A stretch of DNA of 58,577 bases, counting the filler, from Basidioascus undulatus (lineage: Eukaryota): assembly GCA_000826855.1 (NCBI GenBank). It is 3 parts of 3 records of this genome, joined end to end, with 100 filler letters (N's around TTAATTAATTAA, not from the genome) between each part and the next. Parts side by side here need not be neighbours in the genome. Positions count along the whole stretch, not along the records: positions 1 to 19,474 come from JTLS01000418.1; 2 more parts are not named here. The stretch is one strand, 5' to 3'. The notes under the pieces were generated by a model. The model saw only the letters and a list, made by a program, of their open reading frames with translations, did not search any database and had not been told where the DNA came from. Shown here piece by piece: positions 1 through 13,400 of this stretch (the first letter of the stretch is position 1; the number at the start of each line of letters is the position of its first letter). The position numbers and the translations under genes are program-made.

Positions 1-129
1 ACTGGTCTCATATTCCTCATCATCCTCCTCCTGCACGCCCACCTCCCTCTCCCCTCCATCCCTAAACACATCCTCCCATATCCCATCCTTCCTCATATCT
101 CACTCTTCTCTCCCCTCCCGGAACGCTAG

Positions 130-1075
130 GCCAGACTACATGCGAGCAATAGGTACGCTTCCCCCTCCCTCCTCACTCCCTTCTCTTCCGCCCCGCCCAC
201 CCACACTCAACCGCCCTTCTACCAACCGCACAACAGCCAAGGTCGACCCCGCACCGCTCGCGCAATCCGGTGTCCAACTCATCGCGATCACGAACGCCGA
301 GTGGCGGATGATCAAGGCGTTCAAGCGTGGGTCTTCCTCTCTGCCCCCCTCCTCCTTCCCCTCCCCTCCTCCCTCCTCTTCCCTCTTCCCTCTTCCCTCT
401 TCCCTCTGTTCCTCGGGTGAGGAAAGACCCGAGCTGATACCAGACCCGACACGATCAGGCATGACGCACTATGCGCACCCCTTCGAGCTCTACACGGACC
501 GCTCGGGCGCGCTGTACGAGGCGCTGGGCATGACGCTCAAGCCGTTTGCTGTGCGTGTCTTTTTCTCCTCCGTCTACTTTGTTCCCTGCCATCCTGACAC
601 CCCACCCCGCGACCCGTAACAGTTCGGAGCAGAGTGCGACAAAGGCTCGTACTGCACGCGGAACATCCTATCCGCCTCGCTCAGTGGTCTCTGGGTCCTT
701 TGCCTTCCCTCCCTTCCTCCACCTCCTCCCCATTCCTTCTTTCTGACATCGGCACATCCGCAACCCTCAGGACGGCCTCACCTGCCTCCCCCTGCACTAC
801 CCGGGCGACATCTCCCAGCTCGGGGAGAGTACGTCCTCGGCCCCGGGCTGCGGTGCGAGTCTGCCCACCGCGCGACGACGCAGCGCAACTGGTCCGAGCC
901 GGGCATGGTCGTGCGCTGGGCGGGGGTGGGCGCCCCGCACCCGCAGGCCTGGGCCGAGAGGGAAAGTGGGGAAAGGGAGAGGGAGAGGGTGAGGGAAGGG
1001 GAGGGGGACGAGAACTGGGTGCCGAGGAGCGAGCCGGGCGTGGAGACGATTAGGGAGTGGTTGAACGAGGATTGA
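130..1075 (+). CDS. AhpC/TSA-like (peroxiredoxin-like 2 / FAM213-type) protein, 5'-truncated, multi-exon
   Basis: Spliced reading gives DYMRAI-AKVDPAPLAQSGVQLIAITNAEWRMIKAFK...FELYTDRSGALYEALGMT...PGDISQLGGEYVLGPGLRCESAHR, ending at TGA 1073-1075. The YxDxxxxLYxALG and GDxxQLGGEFV motifs are typical of this family. Confidence 0.7.
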
Positions 1076-2335
1076 GGGGGCCCGGGCGTCGAGCAGGGAG
1101 GTTTCCTTGGAGTCTATATTTGCATTTCTGGGGAGAGACGGGAAGAGGGGGGATGGAAGGGGACTTGCATTGCTCTGCATTGGTTCACTTATTTAACGCA
1201 CTCGTCTCGGCTCCGCGGCGGTGTGCTTCTGTGACCATGGCTGGAATGGCTGTTATCGCTTGAGACAAGCTAATTTACAACCAAGAAGAAAGTCCAAAAT
1301 GCCTGATGCCGTCTACGGTGCTCTGAAAGTGTGCATGCGTATGCCATTGTCTGCCGGATCTTGACGCCTACCCCTGTGGGCCATACCTCGATTCTACCTT
1401 CTGTGATCACAGGTGGCTTGAGAAAGTCTCTCACGCTCTCGTGTGATTCTATCGCAGACCAGGCGCAGTCGCTGTCCCCACCGCCACGCTTCTGCGGTGA
1501 CATAGTCCAGACACCCGGGAAGCTTAGCGTTACTGCAAAGTCGGCGAGAGTGATTCGACAGATGCTATTTCCAGACGAAGGCGAGTTGATGGTCCTGCCA
1601 GTGGGAACCTCTAGTCTCGTCTCGCAGTCGTGCAGGAATGCCGTGAGTAGGTATCAGCGACCCACCTTTAGACGCATCAGAATGGCAATTCTCAAGATTT
1701 TCTGAGCATTGAAGACCGATTCGGATTATTGGGAGTTCCTGCGGTCGCAGTGTGCTTCTCGTCGAGTCGATGCAGCAGGCTGTCTCTCTGCCTCTGATGA
1801 GCAGGAGGGCCGCTGCATCGGTACCCGCTCTTCAGAAGCCGGCGCCCACAGGAAACGCCCGAGTCGAGTCTAGCCATGCTGTGCCGGTGAGTATGCGGCA
1901 CCTGGACCGAGATAAAGAGAGTGTGCGAATTGTGGCGGCAACAACGGAGATCAGGCTGCTACATACTTACAGCTAGCGGCTCCTCCGTTTGGCCAGCGTT
2001 GGCCGGTGCCCAGCAGCACATGCACATGTCTACCGGCGAGCTCGGGCCATTATCACTGATGTGCCTGACCTTGAAGCACACGAGGAGATAAGCTTGGCGC
2101 AATCGGTTGCACGCGAGCACTTGTACAAATTGAGATGGCTTGCATGCGGCTCGCTTCCGGCGTCCTTATCGCCGTCGACAGGCCAACGAGGACGAACTGC
2201 CAACGAGCGTGTGACTGGAGACGGGACGAATCACAATACAAGAGTCTGAGAGTGGCGATCATCTTCCCTTTCTCCTTCTTTTGCCACATTTGTTCTCCTT
2301 TCAATTCCTCAACACCCCTCAACACTTGCCCCAAG

Positions 2336-5300
2336 ATGTCGGAGGGCGTGCCGAGAACACCCCACATCGACGAGACGATTCACGCTCTTCCTCACCATGA
2401 CGAGAAGCCTTCGCTGCCGTCGTTCGACGAAGACAAGAAGTCGGTGCAGGGCGAGACGAGCGTGAAAGTCGACGATGCAGAGGAGTTCTACGTGCGTCGA
2501 CCGCGGAAGCCTTGAGTCTGATGGCACTCGCTTATCGAGACAAGCTGCCAGGACATCGCCAGCGGCAAGCCGCTCGCTCCCATTGAGGGCCCGGCGGAGC
2601 CTCATCAACTCACCGCTCGCGCATTGGTGATCGGGTGTGGTTTGGGGTGCCTCGTTGCGGCGTCCAACGTCTACCTCGGGTTGAAGACGGGCTTTACCTT
2701 TGGTGCTTCGCTGGTGAGTAAAGAGCACCGTCATCTCCTCTGGCACCGAGCATTGCGCTGACAACCTTCTCCAGTTCGGAGCCATCTTTGGGTTCGCCAT
2801 CGCCAAGGCGCTCGCGAAAGTCACGCCGCACTTCATTCCGACCTGGCTCGGCGGTGGCTACTTCGGGCCCAAGGGTGCGATTCGAAACACGGCTACTTCC
2901 CACGGTAGCTTACGGATCTCCCATTAGAAAACGTGACGATCCAGACCGCTGCTACCGCTGCAGGCTCAATGAGCGGACTCTACGTCGCTGCTGTATGAGA
3001 GCTCACGTTCTTCTGTGTTCGATGTTCTCTGACCACCTGCATCCCTGCACAGGTCCCGGCTATGTACCAGCTCGGCGTCATGGGCGACCCCTCGAAGGAC
3101 TTCGGAAAGGTCAGTGTTCTCATCATGACAGGAACCCTACACAGCGCCGTCTAACCATGGCTACGCCCGGCAGTTGATCACTTTCTGCCTCGTCCAAGCT
3201 TATTTCGGGGTACGTCCATGGGCATGTGGCTAACCGATTAAGTGGTGTGCAGCAACTGAGAGCATAGATCTTCAACTGCAGGTGTTCTTCGCCATTCCGC
3301 TCCGGAAATGTAAGTGTCAGAGAAAGCTACGCGTATTTTAGAAATTTCCATTGCTGACATCGTTTCATCTAGACTACATCCTGAAGCAGAAGGTATATCG
3401 TGATTCTTTCAACCGAGTGTCAGCTGTACTAATCTGATATCCAATGCGTTGCATTCCTTGTAAAGCGTACGTCGCTTGAGTGGCTGCAAGGCGCAGGGAT
3501 CATGGCTGACCTCAACGCGTCTTCCCGGGAACTCCATCGCAGTCATTTTCCCGACTCCCACCGCCACCGCCCTTACTATCCACTCCTTGCACCAACCGCA
3601 CGGTGAGGAGGCGGCGCAGCGCAAGGTCAAATGGCTTGGATGGTCCTTCATCGGTGCTTTGCTCCTGCGTGTTCTCAGTAGCGGTGCTCCGGGCATTCTC
3701 TGGGACTGGCATAGTGAGTCGCGGGTGTTCGAGTTTTGTGGGTAGTTACTGAAGTTCTTGTGGTCAGTCTTTTGGTGGCTGTGGACTTGGGGCTGGAACC
3801 ACAAGGGCATTGCGCAGGCGGAGTCTTGGTGAGTCAAAGAACAGGTTCCGAGCGGCTGAATTGGACTGATGATCTTTGTTTTTTTGCGCACAGGGGATGG
3901 TGAGTTTGGAACTTCACGTATCAATAGGCCCGTGGCGAAGGATCTCACGACTGTACCGCAGGTTGATCGAGCTCACGCCCGCCTTCTTCGGCAACGGCCT
4001 TTTGGTCGGCTTGAACCCCTCCTACTCCTTCTTTGGCGGTTCGGTACTTGCTTGGGCGTAAGTCCAACCTTCGAGCACTGAAACACTGAAGATCCGTGCC
4101 TGACGCACTTGACTTTTAGCATCATTGGGCCTCTCATCAACGGTACGTGTGAGCTTGCACGGGTGCATTTCATTTTACTCACAGACACCTTTTTGGTTCG
4201 AAGGTCAGGTGGCTTTCAGCTCGCCTTCTGGCCTCGGTCCGGCATTTGCGAATTTCCAGGTGGGTCGGGCGGCCTTGCATTCCGACGTTTCGGCCGACAT
4301 TTGTTCAATTTCTTTGCTTTGCACAGAGCATGAGCAAACTCGATGACCCCGTGAATCGTCCTTCCCCGCGTTACTGGCGTGCGTATAGGTTACTACGGAC
4401 CTGCATGTGCGGGCATTGACGTTGTCCTACAGTCCTGTGGCCCGGCGTGCTCCTCATGCTCGTCGCCTCTTTCGTGGAGATCTTGTAAGCGAATGTTCAG
4501 TGTCGGGTACTGAATAAAGACTGAATTCAGCTTCACAGCATGAACGGAAAGATGATCCTTTCCGCATTGAGGAACGCTGGCGCGTCCATGTGGAACGCAG
4601 TGGCGCCCAGGCTCGGAAAGCGCACTGTCGGACCGCAGGTCAACTACGAGGTGGGTCTGTCCCTTGACTCCAGGAACTGTCTAAGAGAGTGCTCACCTGC
4701 ATGGACCAATGCTGCAGGACGAGGACCCTACGACTCCCGAAGAGCGTGTCCCGCTCTGGGCCTGGATAGGAGGTCTGCTCGCCGCCATCATCCTGACCTG
4801 CGTCGTCATGGGCGTCGCCTTCGACGTCGGCGTCGGATTGACAATCCTGGCTCTGGTCATGGGCTTCATCTTTGCTTTCGTGCGTCCCTACTGCCTTGCG
4901 TGTTTAGGTTGGACCTTACCCGTGATTCTCTTCAGATCGGGATTGAGTCTTCTGGACGGACAGACGTGTGAGTGAAAACACCAGCAACGTGAGCTCTTCA
5001 GGTTATTTGGATACTGACGCAAAAAGGAGGAAAACAGCAACCCTTTGACTGCGTGTGCTAAGGTAAGCAGAAGATTCCAGCCCTTGAGGGCCCTTCAGAC
5101 TGATTCGGTGGCTGTGTGTGCCAGGCATCGCAACTGGTTTTCGGAGGTGTCACGAAGAACAATTACTCCGTGAGCAGGCCGCCACTTGGATGCATCACGA
5201 ATCTGGCCTAACTGTCTTGAATCGCAGACGGATCATGCCCTTCGCGTGAACGTATGTAGTGCTGCGGCAATCCTCAGGTTGGCTTGTTTCTCATAAAACT

Positions 5301-6544
5301 CTCCTCCCCAGTTGCTTGCCGGCAGCATTGCGAGCTCCGCGGCGTCACACTCGGTCGACATGATTGGAGATCTTCGCAGTGAGCATCCTGTTACCCTTTC
5401 CCGGGGGAGCTGTATGACTGACTTCTCATTCACTGCAGCTGGGCACCTCCTCGGCGTTTCGCCGTACTCCCAGTTCATCGCTCAGTAAAGTCGCTCTTCA
5501 CGTTCTCGTCTCCCTCCAGCTCAAACTAACAGGGGTCCACCACGTAACCAGATGTGTCGCTTCCATCGTCGGCTGCTTTATCTCTACCGGCCTTGCGTGC
5601 GTAGACACTTTCGTCTTACTCAGCGCTCCAGCGAACTTCTGATCTCACGTTACCCCCATAATGTCACACAGAATTGTGTTCTTCACGGCCTACCCGTGCA
5701 TCATCACTGGCGATGAGTGCAAGCAGTTCTCCGCTCCTTCAGTTGCCGCTTGGGTTGCTGTTGCAAGTGCGTCCAGTGCCTCTCCGTTTGCCAAACGCCG
5801 TGCCTCACACCTTGCCCCATCTCAGAGGCTGTGGTTCTCCCCCACCTTCCAGTTCCTCCTAGCTCTGGATACACTGCGATTGGATTGAGTGTCGTACGTG
5901 CCAATTGCTGCCTTCAACTGTAGGCGTCACCCACCGAAGCTTCGCGTCCCAGGCTGCCGCAATCACGATTGTCGCAAAGCACACTATCGTCCCGGAGCGC
6001 TACCGCGGGTGGGTGCCTAACTGGTGAGTTCTCTTTCCTTGGTCGTGGGTGCCTCCGCGCATCTCAACGGTCCCCCTCTACAGGAATGCCATCGGCCTTG
6101 CCTTCGTCGTCCCGCAGCCGTACTACAGCGTTGCGATGGTACGCGCATTCTCCCATTTGTCCACACGCCCACCAAGTCCCCCTGCTCACCGAGCACTTCG
6201 AGATCCTGCAGATCATTGGGTCAACTATGGCCTACTTCTGGAAGCGCCGCAACCCGTCCTCCTTCGATGCCATCGCGTTCAGTCTCGCTGCAGGCATGAT
6301 CGCCGGAGAGGGTATTGGCGGCGTGATCAACGTTCGTCCTTCCTGCTCAGATCACAAGCATGTTCGAACGCACAGTATCGGCTGACTGCGCTTTCTTTGC
6401 AACGCAGGCTGCCGTGACGATTGGAGGCGGCAAGTGGGAGGACGTTGGCTCGGCCGTCGGGTGTCCAGTACGTCGTTTGCCAGAGTGGTTCATTTATGGG
6501 ACTGACTGACTTTGACTGCACAGGGCAACAAGTACTGCGGCTAA
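2336..6544 (+). CDS. OPT superfamily (YSL-like) oligopeptide/metal-chelate transporter, very intron-rich
   Basis: ATG 2336 (MSEGVPRTP). Exons read RALVIGCGLGCLVAASNVYLGLKTGFTFG, GPKENVTIQTAA, PLRKYYILKQKLIFPTPTATA, IELTPAFFG, SVDMIGDLR and AAGMIAGEGIGGV. TAA at 6542-6544. Confidence 0.93.
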
Positions 6545-7238
6545 TGCGCCTCTCATCCGTCTCACGGGCGCAGCCTTTCAAAACAGCGACTGCGTTGCTC
6601 TTTCTGTTTCTCGTGGCCTGTACGGCTTGAAATGTCACCGTGTACGGAAATGTGATGCACTCGTTCTCTTGACTTGCTTTGGGTGTCAGCTCCCGTTGTC
6701 AGCGGCGTCAACTCCATCTGTTTGTGGTGACGCGGCGAATGGCTGCACCGCTACTCTGCTCTCCTATACTTGGAGGACTTCCCGTAGCCAAAACTTCTAG
6801 TTTCGCACCGCTAGAATTTGGACCTCCAAATGTCAGATATCTGGCAGCGCTACCGTAGGAGACCGAAGTCCGCCAGATTGCCAGTCTGGCGCGAGTGTTC
6901 GTGCGTCGGGCTGCACAGCATGTATCGTAGCTGGCAGTACACCGGGCAGTCGCGCTGTCCTTCGGAAGATCTGCCCAACGACCACAAATGATCTGGAGGT
7001 GCTGTCAATCATCTGGGGAGGGGTCGGCCCCTCCCCAGACTCGGTGATCTGGAGGACCTCTCTGACCACGTGGTTGCTGTCGCTCACGGTCCTCCAAACG
7101 GTGAAATACGCAAACTGGCACCGCTAAACAAGGAACCTGGCCTGCGGTAAGTCCTCCATTGAACTGCGGGCCAAGGTACCACTATACTACATGTTATGGC
7201 GCCACCGTGCGCGATCTCCCATCTGCAAGAGGCGGATA

Positions 7239-7498
7239 CAGCGGTTTGCAGGATCTTTGTCCTACGCCCTCTTTTCCTCGCATCCTCCGCCCGACTAGAG
7301 CCCGCTTAGAGCTTTCAGGGGCTACGTACTTATCAAGTAACCCTTGATAACCTGAAAGAGGACGACGTCTGTGCTGTAGTCCATACAAAGTCTTTTAGAA
7401 TACACATATACAGTACTGTCGTGGGACACCGCACAAAGCTACTGTTTAGTTGAGAGGTGTTCGTCTTTATTGATGAGGGACGATCCTGCAAACCGCTG
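7239..7498. mobile_element. MITE, Tc1/mariner-like (non-autonomous, 260 bp)
   Basis: Perfect 17-bp terminal inverted repeats CAGCGGTTTGCAGGATC (7239-7255) and GATCCTGCAAACCGCTG (7482-7498). Each side is flanked by TA (7237-7238, 7499-7500). The interior has no convincing coding capacity. Confidence 0.75.
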
Positions 7499-7856
7499 TA
7501 CAAGAGAGGGATGCTGCTGCAGCAGAGTGTGATCGGGGTGACTACTCAGATACTCAGATACTGAGCAGTCAGTGAGCGCTGGCGGAGCCGGAAGTCAGAA
7601 GGGTCTTACTGAGCTATTCACAAACGCTGTATATGTGTTTATATCAGATCAAGAAATCATCATCACGAGTGTTTGATCCTCACTATGCCATACCTTGCGT
7701 ACGGCAGACTTGGCAGCCAGGCTCGAGGGTCGCGAGCCTCCATGCTTTGCCCAAGCGCAGCAAGCGCAGCCCAAAGAAACATTAGACACCTGCAGAATAG
7801 CAATACGAATTCGCATCAACCCATAGAATATGTAGCAGCACTAGCCATCCGACCCT

Positions 7857-8790
7857 CTACGCGCCAGTCCTCTTCTCGTAAGCCTTCCACCCAGCTTCCC
7901 TGTACCGCTTCGCCTCCTGCAGAATACTCTCCTTGTCCTTCCCGCCGCCATAGATCCCGCGCCCAACAATGATCACGTCCGCCCCCAATCCCACGACCTT
8001 CTCCGGCGTCCGGTACTGCTGCCCCAGCCCATCGCCCTTGACGTCCAGCCCCACGCCAGGGGTCATGACGATGAAGTCGTCCTCCGGTCCGCTCCCGCCC
8101 AGGCGCCGCTGCGCGATGAAGCCGACGACAAAGTCGCGGTGCCGCCGCGCCATGGCGAGGGAGGCATCGGTGTAGGAGCCGACGGCGAGGGAGCCCGCCG
8201 AAGACATCTCGCCGAGGAGAAGCAGGCCGCGCTGGAGGGGAAGCCCCACTTTGGCAAGGCCCGAGACGATACCGTCTCCCGGGAGCGCATGCGCGTTCGT
8301 CAGGTGTGACCAGGAGGCGATGCGGTAGACGCCGGAGGAGTATTGGAGGGAGACCGTGTTGCCTGTTTTGAGCTTCGAGTGTTCAGCTCCTTTATGGCTA
8401 TACGATACTAACGGAACATGGGCGCACCAATGTCGGCAAACTTGCGGTCCTCAAAGATCATAAAGTCGTGCTTCTCCGCGAGCGCCTGCAAGCGCTCGAC
8501 GAGATCCCAATCAAAGTCCTCGACGATGTCGATGTGAGTCTACGCTCCGCCGCACGACCTCAGCATATCCGTCCTACGCGTATAGTTTTATCAAGTAAGC
8601 GTACCTTAACAAGCGCCACCTCCGGTCCGACAGCATCGACGACGCGGAGGAGGTCCTCCTTCTTGGAGAGGTCGACCGAGACGCACAGGTTGGTGCGCTT
8701 GCGGGCGAGAAGCTCGAGGATCGCCCGCCCGGTCGGGTTGGTGTGATTCTGGACGCGTGCGGCGTAGGACTGCGTGTGCGGCGTAGACAT
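7857..8790 (-). CDS. URA3: Orotidine-5'-phosphate decarboxylase
   Basis: MSTPHTQSY...[67 protein letters not shown]. Two introns. Confidence 0.98.
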
Positions 8791-9118
8791 AGTGAATGGC
8801 GCGTCGTAGATGAAGATGGAGATGGGCGGAGAGCAAGTCCAGAGCAAGTCGAAGCGAGAAGGCCGTATGGCTTTTCCCACGCTGGCTGTCAGGCCCGGAC
8901 ACCAGGCGAGTGCGGCCGCACGCGCTGGTTGCCAAGTTGCTTCGCCCTGTTTCGTTCCAATCAGCCCTTTTACCTGGCGACGCCGGGACATAACAACCGC
9001 TCACGCTGGTTCATTTTCTGATTCAAAACCATGCTCACCGTTCTTTGCTCTTGATCCCATCCATACACCTTTCGATCGCTGGGGAGCACTTACTCACCCC
9101 GCCGCACACCTTCGAGCC

Positions 9119-10073
9119 ATGTCGACTCCTACCCTCTCGCTTCCAAGCCGCAACATCGCACCCTCGAACAGCTCCATATCCTCGTACTCGCGCGCGACAA
9201 CAGGCCTCTCATCCCGCGTGAATTCTCATCGGACGAGACGATCCCGACCGCGAGCTTGCTCCGGGAGGGGGAATCTGCGCACGATGCGTGCTTTGAGGAG
9301 GGCGGAGGAAGCGAGGCGCAGCAGGCTGGTTTAGTGGACGGGGCGAAGGGATGGTTTGGGAGCTGGCCGACAGGGAAGGGCTCCGCGATGGGAGGTGAGT
9401 ATCACATAGCACTCGCGCTGAGTGCGGGCATTGCGCACATGAGGCCAGACTGGTCTTACTGGAGGGACATGGGATAGACTATGAGCCCACGATACGACAG
9501 CCTCTCAGGCGTAGCTCCCGTTGGCGGTGGCGGCGGTGGCATCCTTGCGAGTTGGACCAAGAACATTTCTCGAGCGGTAGGCATTGAAGACGGCTACGGT
9601 GCGTTCGGTCACCTGCTACTTTTTCGGTTTTGACAATGTGAGCACCCACCCTGCTCACAGCGAGCGACGCCTCCGACTACGCCGGCGGGGATTCGCATCT
9701 GTGCGTGCACATCCTCGCCCAGTTCGCTACGCCACTTTGCTGATCCTGACGCCCTCGCCCCATTTAACCAAAAAAAGGACACGCATCCTCAAAGAATATT
9801 ATCTATCCAAAGCCCATTCGCGCGCAGACCTCCCAACCTGGCTCTTCCTAACCGACGCGCGCCTACCCCCGCCTTTCCAGCCGCCGCTTTCTGAGCGCAG
9901 CTACGCCCCTTCGGAAGACCCGCAGATCTCTGCGCGTCCTGGCGTCTCTCGTGCGATGAGCGAGCGCGGCTGGAGCGGGGTGGGCGAGGTGGAGCAGCAG
10001 GGGGGATGCGGCGTACGAGAAGCGGCACTAAGGCGGAGTAAAGACTGAGGGCTATGCGGAGGGGAAGGAGCTG
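9119..10073 (+). CDS. Putative Mso1-like (Sec1-binding domain) protein; reading frame appears disrupted
   Basis: Spliced segment DYAGGDSHLTRILKEYYLSKAHSRADLPTWLF resembles the Mso1 N-terminal motif. A frame change is needed near 9220-9255 and again near 10000-10040. Confidence 0.45.
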
Positions 10074-10476
10074 AAGTTTCAAGAGGAGGGAGAGAGCGTA
10101 GAGGACCGAGGGCGTGGGGGAAGCGGCGTTGGGGAGATGGTGCGGAAAAGGTAACGGGTGAGGTATTCAATTTTTGGTGTACTCTCTCCGCTTCTTCCGG
10201 CCGTTTCATACAGATGAACGCAAATGTGTTTCTTGTCCGAATGACTGCGCTTGTCTCAAGTAAAAGATATGCAACTGCATCGCAGCTCTGTTCTCGACGC
10301 GGTGAGCGGCACACAGCTCTCACAGTCGCCTAATTCAGCCGCTGGCGTTGCGTGGAGCTTTCAGGTCATTACGTTACACAGAAAACACTTGTGGGATTTG
10401 CGGTGGCGCTATGCAGTTTAACTGTTTCAAATATGAAATCGTACAAGGTGTGATCCCATTGACTCTTTAGGCTGGG

Positions 10477-13400
10477 TTACCAGGCTAATCGCGCCACGCA
10501 AGAGCGCGGCCAGCGGCGGACGCAGTACTTCCGCATCTCATCGACGCTTTGGAAGGAGATACGGAAGAGCACACAAAACCAATTTCCCTCCACCATCAGA
10601 ATCCAGGATAATCTTTTCGACCGGCAATAGTGTGTAACGTACAAGAGAAGGCCTAAGCCGCATGCGAGTGCGATTCCGTAGATTTCGCCAGGGACTGAGT
10701 GGGTGCCCAGTGTGCGTTGACTGCCAAGTGTAGAAGCGCGTTAATTCTGAAATCACTGTCATTGCATAATCCTCTTGGTCAGACGCACAATAACGGGATA
10801 TACGAGAAAAAGCTCGCGAGTGCGAGGGAAGCGAGCATCGCGGGGAACAGCGCCAGATTTTTGGTGGGAGGGTGCTGGAAGATGCTGAGATGTCGAGTGC
10901 GGGTCGCGAGGAGATTACTTTGATACAACAATTCAAGTCAAGTTCCCATCAATCTAACGATCAGACGACTCGAGCGTACCCCCATTGCATGAGCACCAAA
11001 GTGTGGAAGTAGATGGACCGGGTCTCGTCGAGTCGCGCCGGGGTGAGGCTGGGTGGGTATCGGCCATAGCCAAAAGCAAGGGACGAGAACGGCACGCCTG
11101 CATGGGGGCGTCTTCATATAATCTGGAATATAGCCAAGAAATGGGCTTACCATGGCGCTGCAGATAGCTGAAGGCCAGTGCTGATGCGCAGCATGCTTGC
11201 ATGGGGCCGATAAAGAAGAAGGCGTGCAGGAGAAGCTGAAAACACCGGCACCTATAAATTATACTTGCGAGGAATAAAGAAGGTTCTCGCTCACCTTCCA
11301 GTCCACCAGATGGTCCTGCTTGACGTTGCGGGGAGGCTCCTTGAGCAACCTCGTCTCTGGCTGTTCTCGGACTAGACTGAGCGCGGGCAAGACGTCGGTC
11401 GCACAGCTTATGATACTGCCCGTCCTGGATTTTTAATGACTAGAACGATCATGGAAACGGTGGGCCTTCTCAAACGTACATCATTTGGATGGGCGACAGA
11501 ATTTGCGGGAGGCCGAAGATGACGTTCAGTAGGATGGGCGTCAGCTCAGATAAGCTAGACAGACGATGTAAGCTTCTTTAGACTTGTTTTATAGTAGTAA
11601 GAGAAGGGACTCGCCATCCAGCCGGTAGAAGGTACAGCAGTGTCTTGCGCAGGTTCACAAACACCAAACGGCCTTGCTCGAGCTTCGTACACAAGGCGCG
11701 TTGTCAGCACCATGTGTTCTTCAAAACCAGGCGACATGTCTAAACACACTGCAGTGACAATGAGCGGTAACGAATCCAGAAGTACAATCTGAATTGCAGC
11801 GTTAGCGGAAGGGTCGGGATGCAGGCAAAGGAAAGTCGGACTGACATCGGCAGCTTCGCGCGGGACCTCGGATCCACTGCCCATAGCTATGCCGATCTAT
11901 TTAAATGGGTTAATAGACATTATACGGTAAATTTTCTAACTTCTTAGAAGATGAGGCGAACATCGGCAGCCTTGAGGGCAGGGGCGTCGTTGACTGCAAG
12001 CATGTTCAACGTTGAAGCGCTGGCAATGCAACGACAAGCTGTGGTGCGCACCGCCATCGCCCGTAACTCCCACAACGTGAGATCTATGATAAAATGGTCA
12101 AACGGTTAACTTTTTTGTCTGAAAAGTTTGCGGTAGTCAACATACCGCTCGCGTAACCGTTCAACGATGAGAAGCTTTTGCTCGGGCGTCGTCCGAGCGA
12201 AGACGCACTCCTCGTACGTAACGAGACGATCCCATTGCTCATCCGTCTGTTAAGCTGAGTCAGTATATCTATATTCTGACAAATTAAGCCGATAAACTGT
12301 ACCAATTGGTCGACGTCGGATCCCAACAGCACGATCGCGCGAGGTACCCGCTCCAGCCCCGACGAAGTAGAGGGGATACTCAAGGAGGTAGGAGTGTCGC
12401 CCTTGAGGTGAGCTGCCGTGTGGGTGTTCGCATAGTCCGTAATGATTCCGGCTGCTCCAGCGATGGTGACGGCGGTGACCTACCGGACCTCGCTTAGTTC
12501 AGTCATGAAAGATAGCCATACAGAAAACAGCGCACTCACCGGGAAGTCCCCCGTGATAACGTACAGGCGCACATGCGCCTCACGGCAAATACTATCAGAC
12601 CCAGATCGTGCATAAGCTTACCGGTAATTTGCAGAGCACCGGACTGCTTACCGCACTGTTCTCGGAATGTCGTGCTTGAGGGGATCGATCAAGCCAAGGA
12701 AACCGACAACCTGAAAAATGACCTTAGCATAAAGGTCGCTACAATTGAATATCACGAGACCTGTACGCACGGTGAGTTCACGAGAAGCAATACGCTCCAT
12801 ATGGTCCTTAAACGCTGCTGTCCCGGGCTCGGCACCCTTCACATCGGCGCGGGTCACTGTGCGCCGAGCGAGAAGAATCACCCGCAATCCTTGAGCCGAC
12901 AACTCCTTTTGCACCTCCTCGAGGCGGGCGAGCGCCATGAGATGGAGCGGGACCGGGGTACCACTCGCGGGATTGATAAAAGAGTTGCAGTACTGAAGAA
13001 CGACTGGGAAAACAGTCGCCAATTATCAACTGCCATATGGTGAAAGCTTGGTGGGGTCAAGGCGTTACCGTCTGGAGCCCCTTTGAGAGTGAGAAGGTAG
13101 TCGTCAGGGTCAAAGTCGTCGTGAGGCAACATCGGTGGAGGCGGCGGTCCGCCTGCCTCGACACGTTTTAAGAGCTTAAGCATGAACCGGGTACTGCTAC
13201 TGAAGTCGACTTTGAAGACCTCCTTCCACGGCCGCCTAATCTCGTCAATGTCGACAACGGATACGGCAAGCTTTAGAATCGCCGCATCTGTCAGCCTACA
13301 AACATTAGCTCAGCGTTTCAAGGACCAAAGCAAGAGGACTACTGGCCCGTGGCATCTCCAACAACGGCGACCGCTTTCTTTTCTTCTACATCGGAGCCCT

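Noticed and set aside
6740..7130. GCACCGCTA occurring three times
   Set aside because: Short and irregularly spaced. It is not a CRISPR array or a supportable regulatory element.
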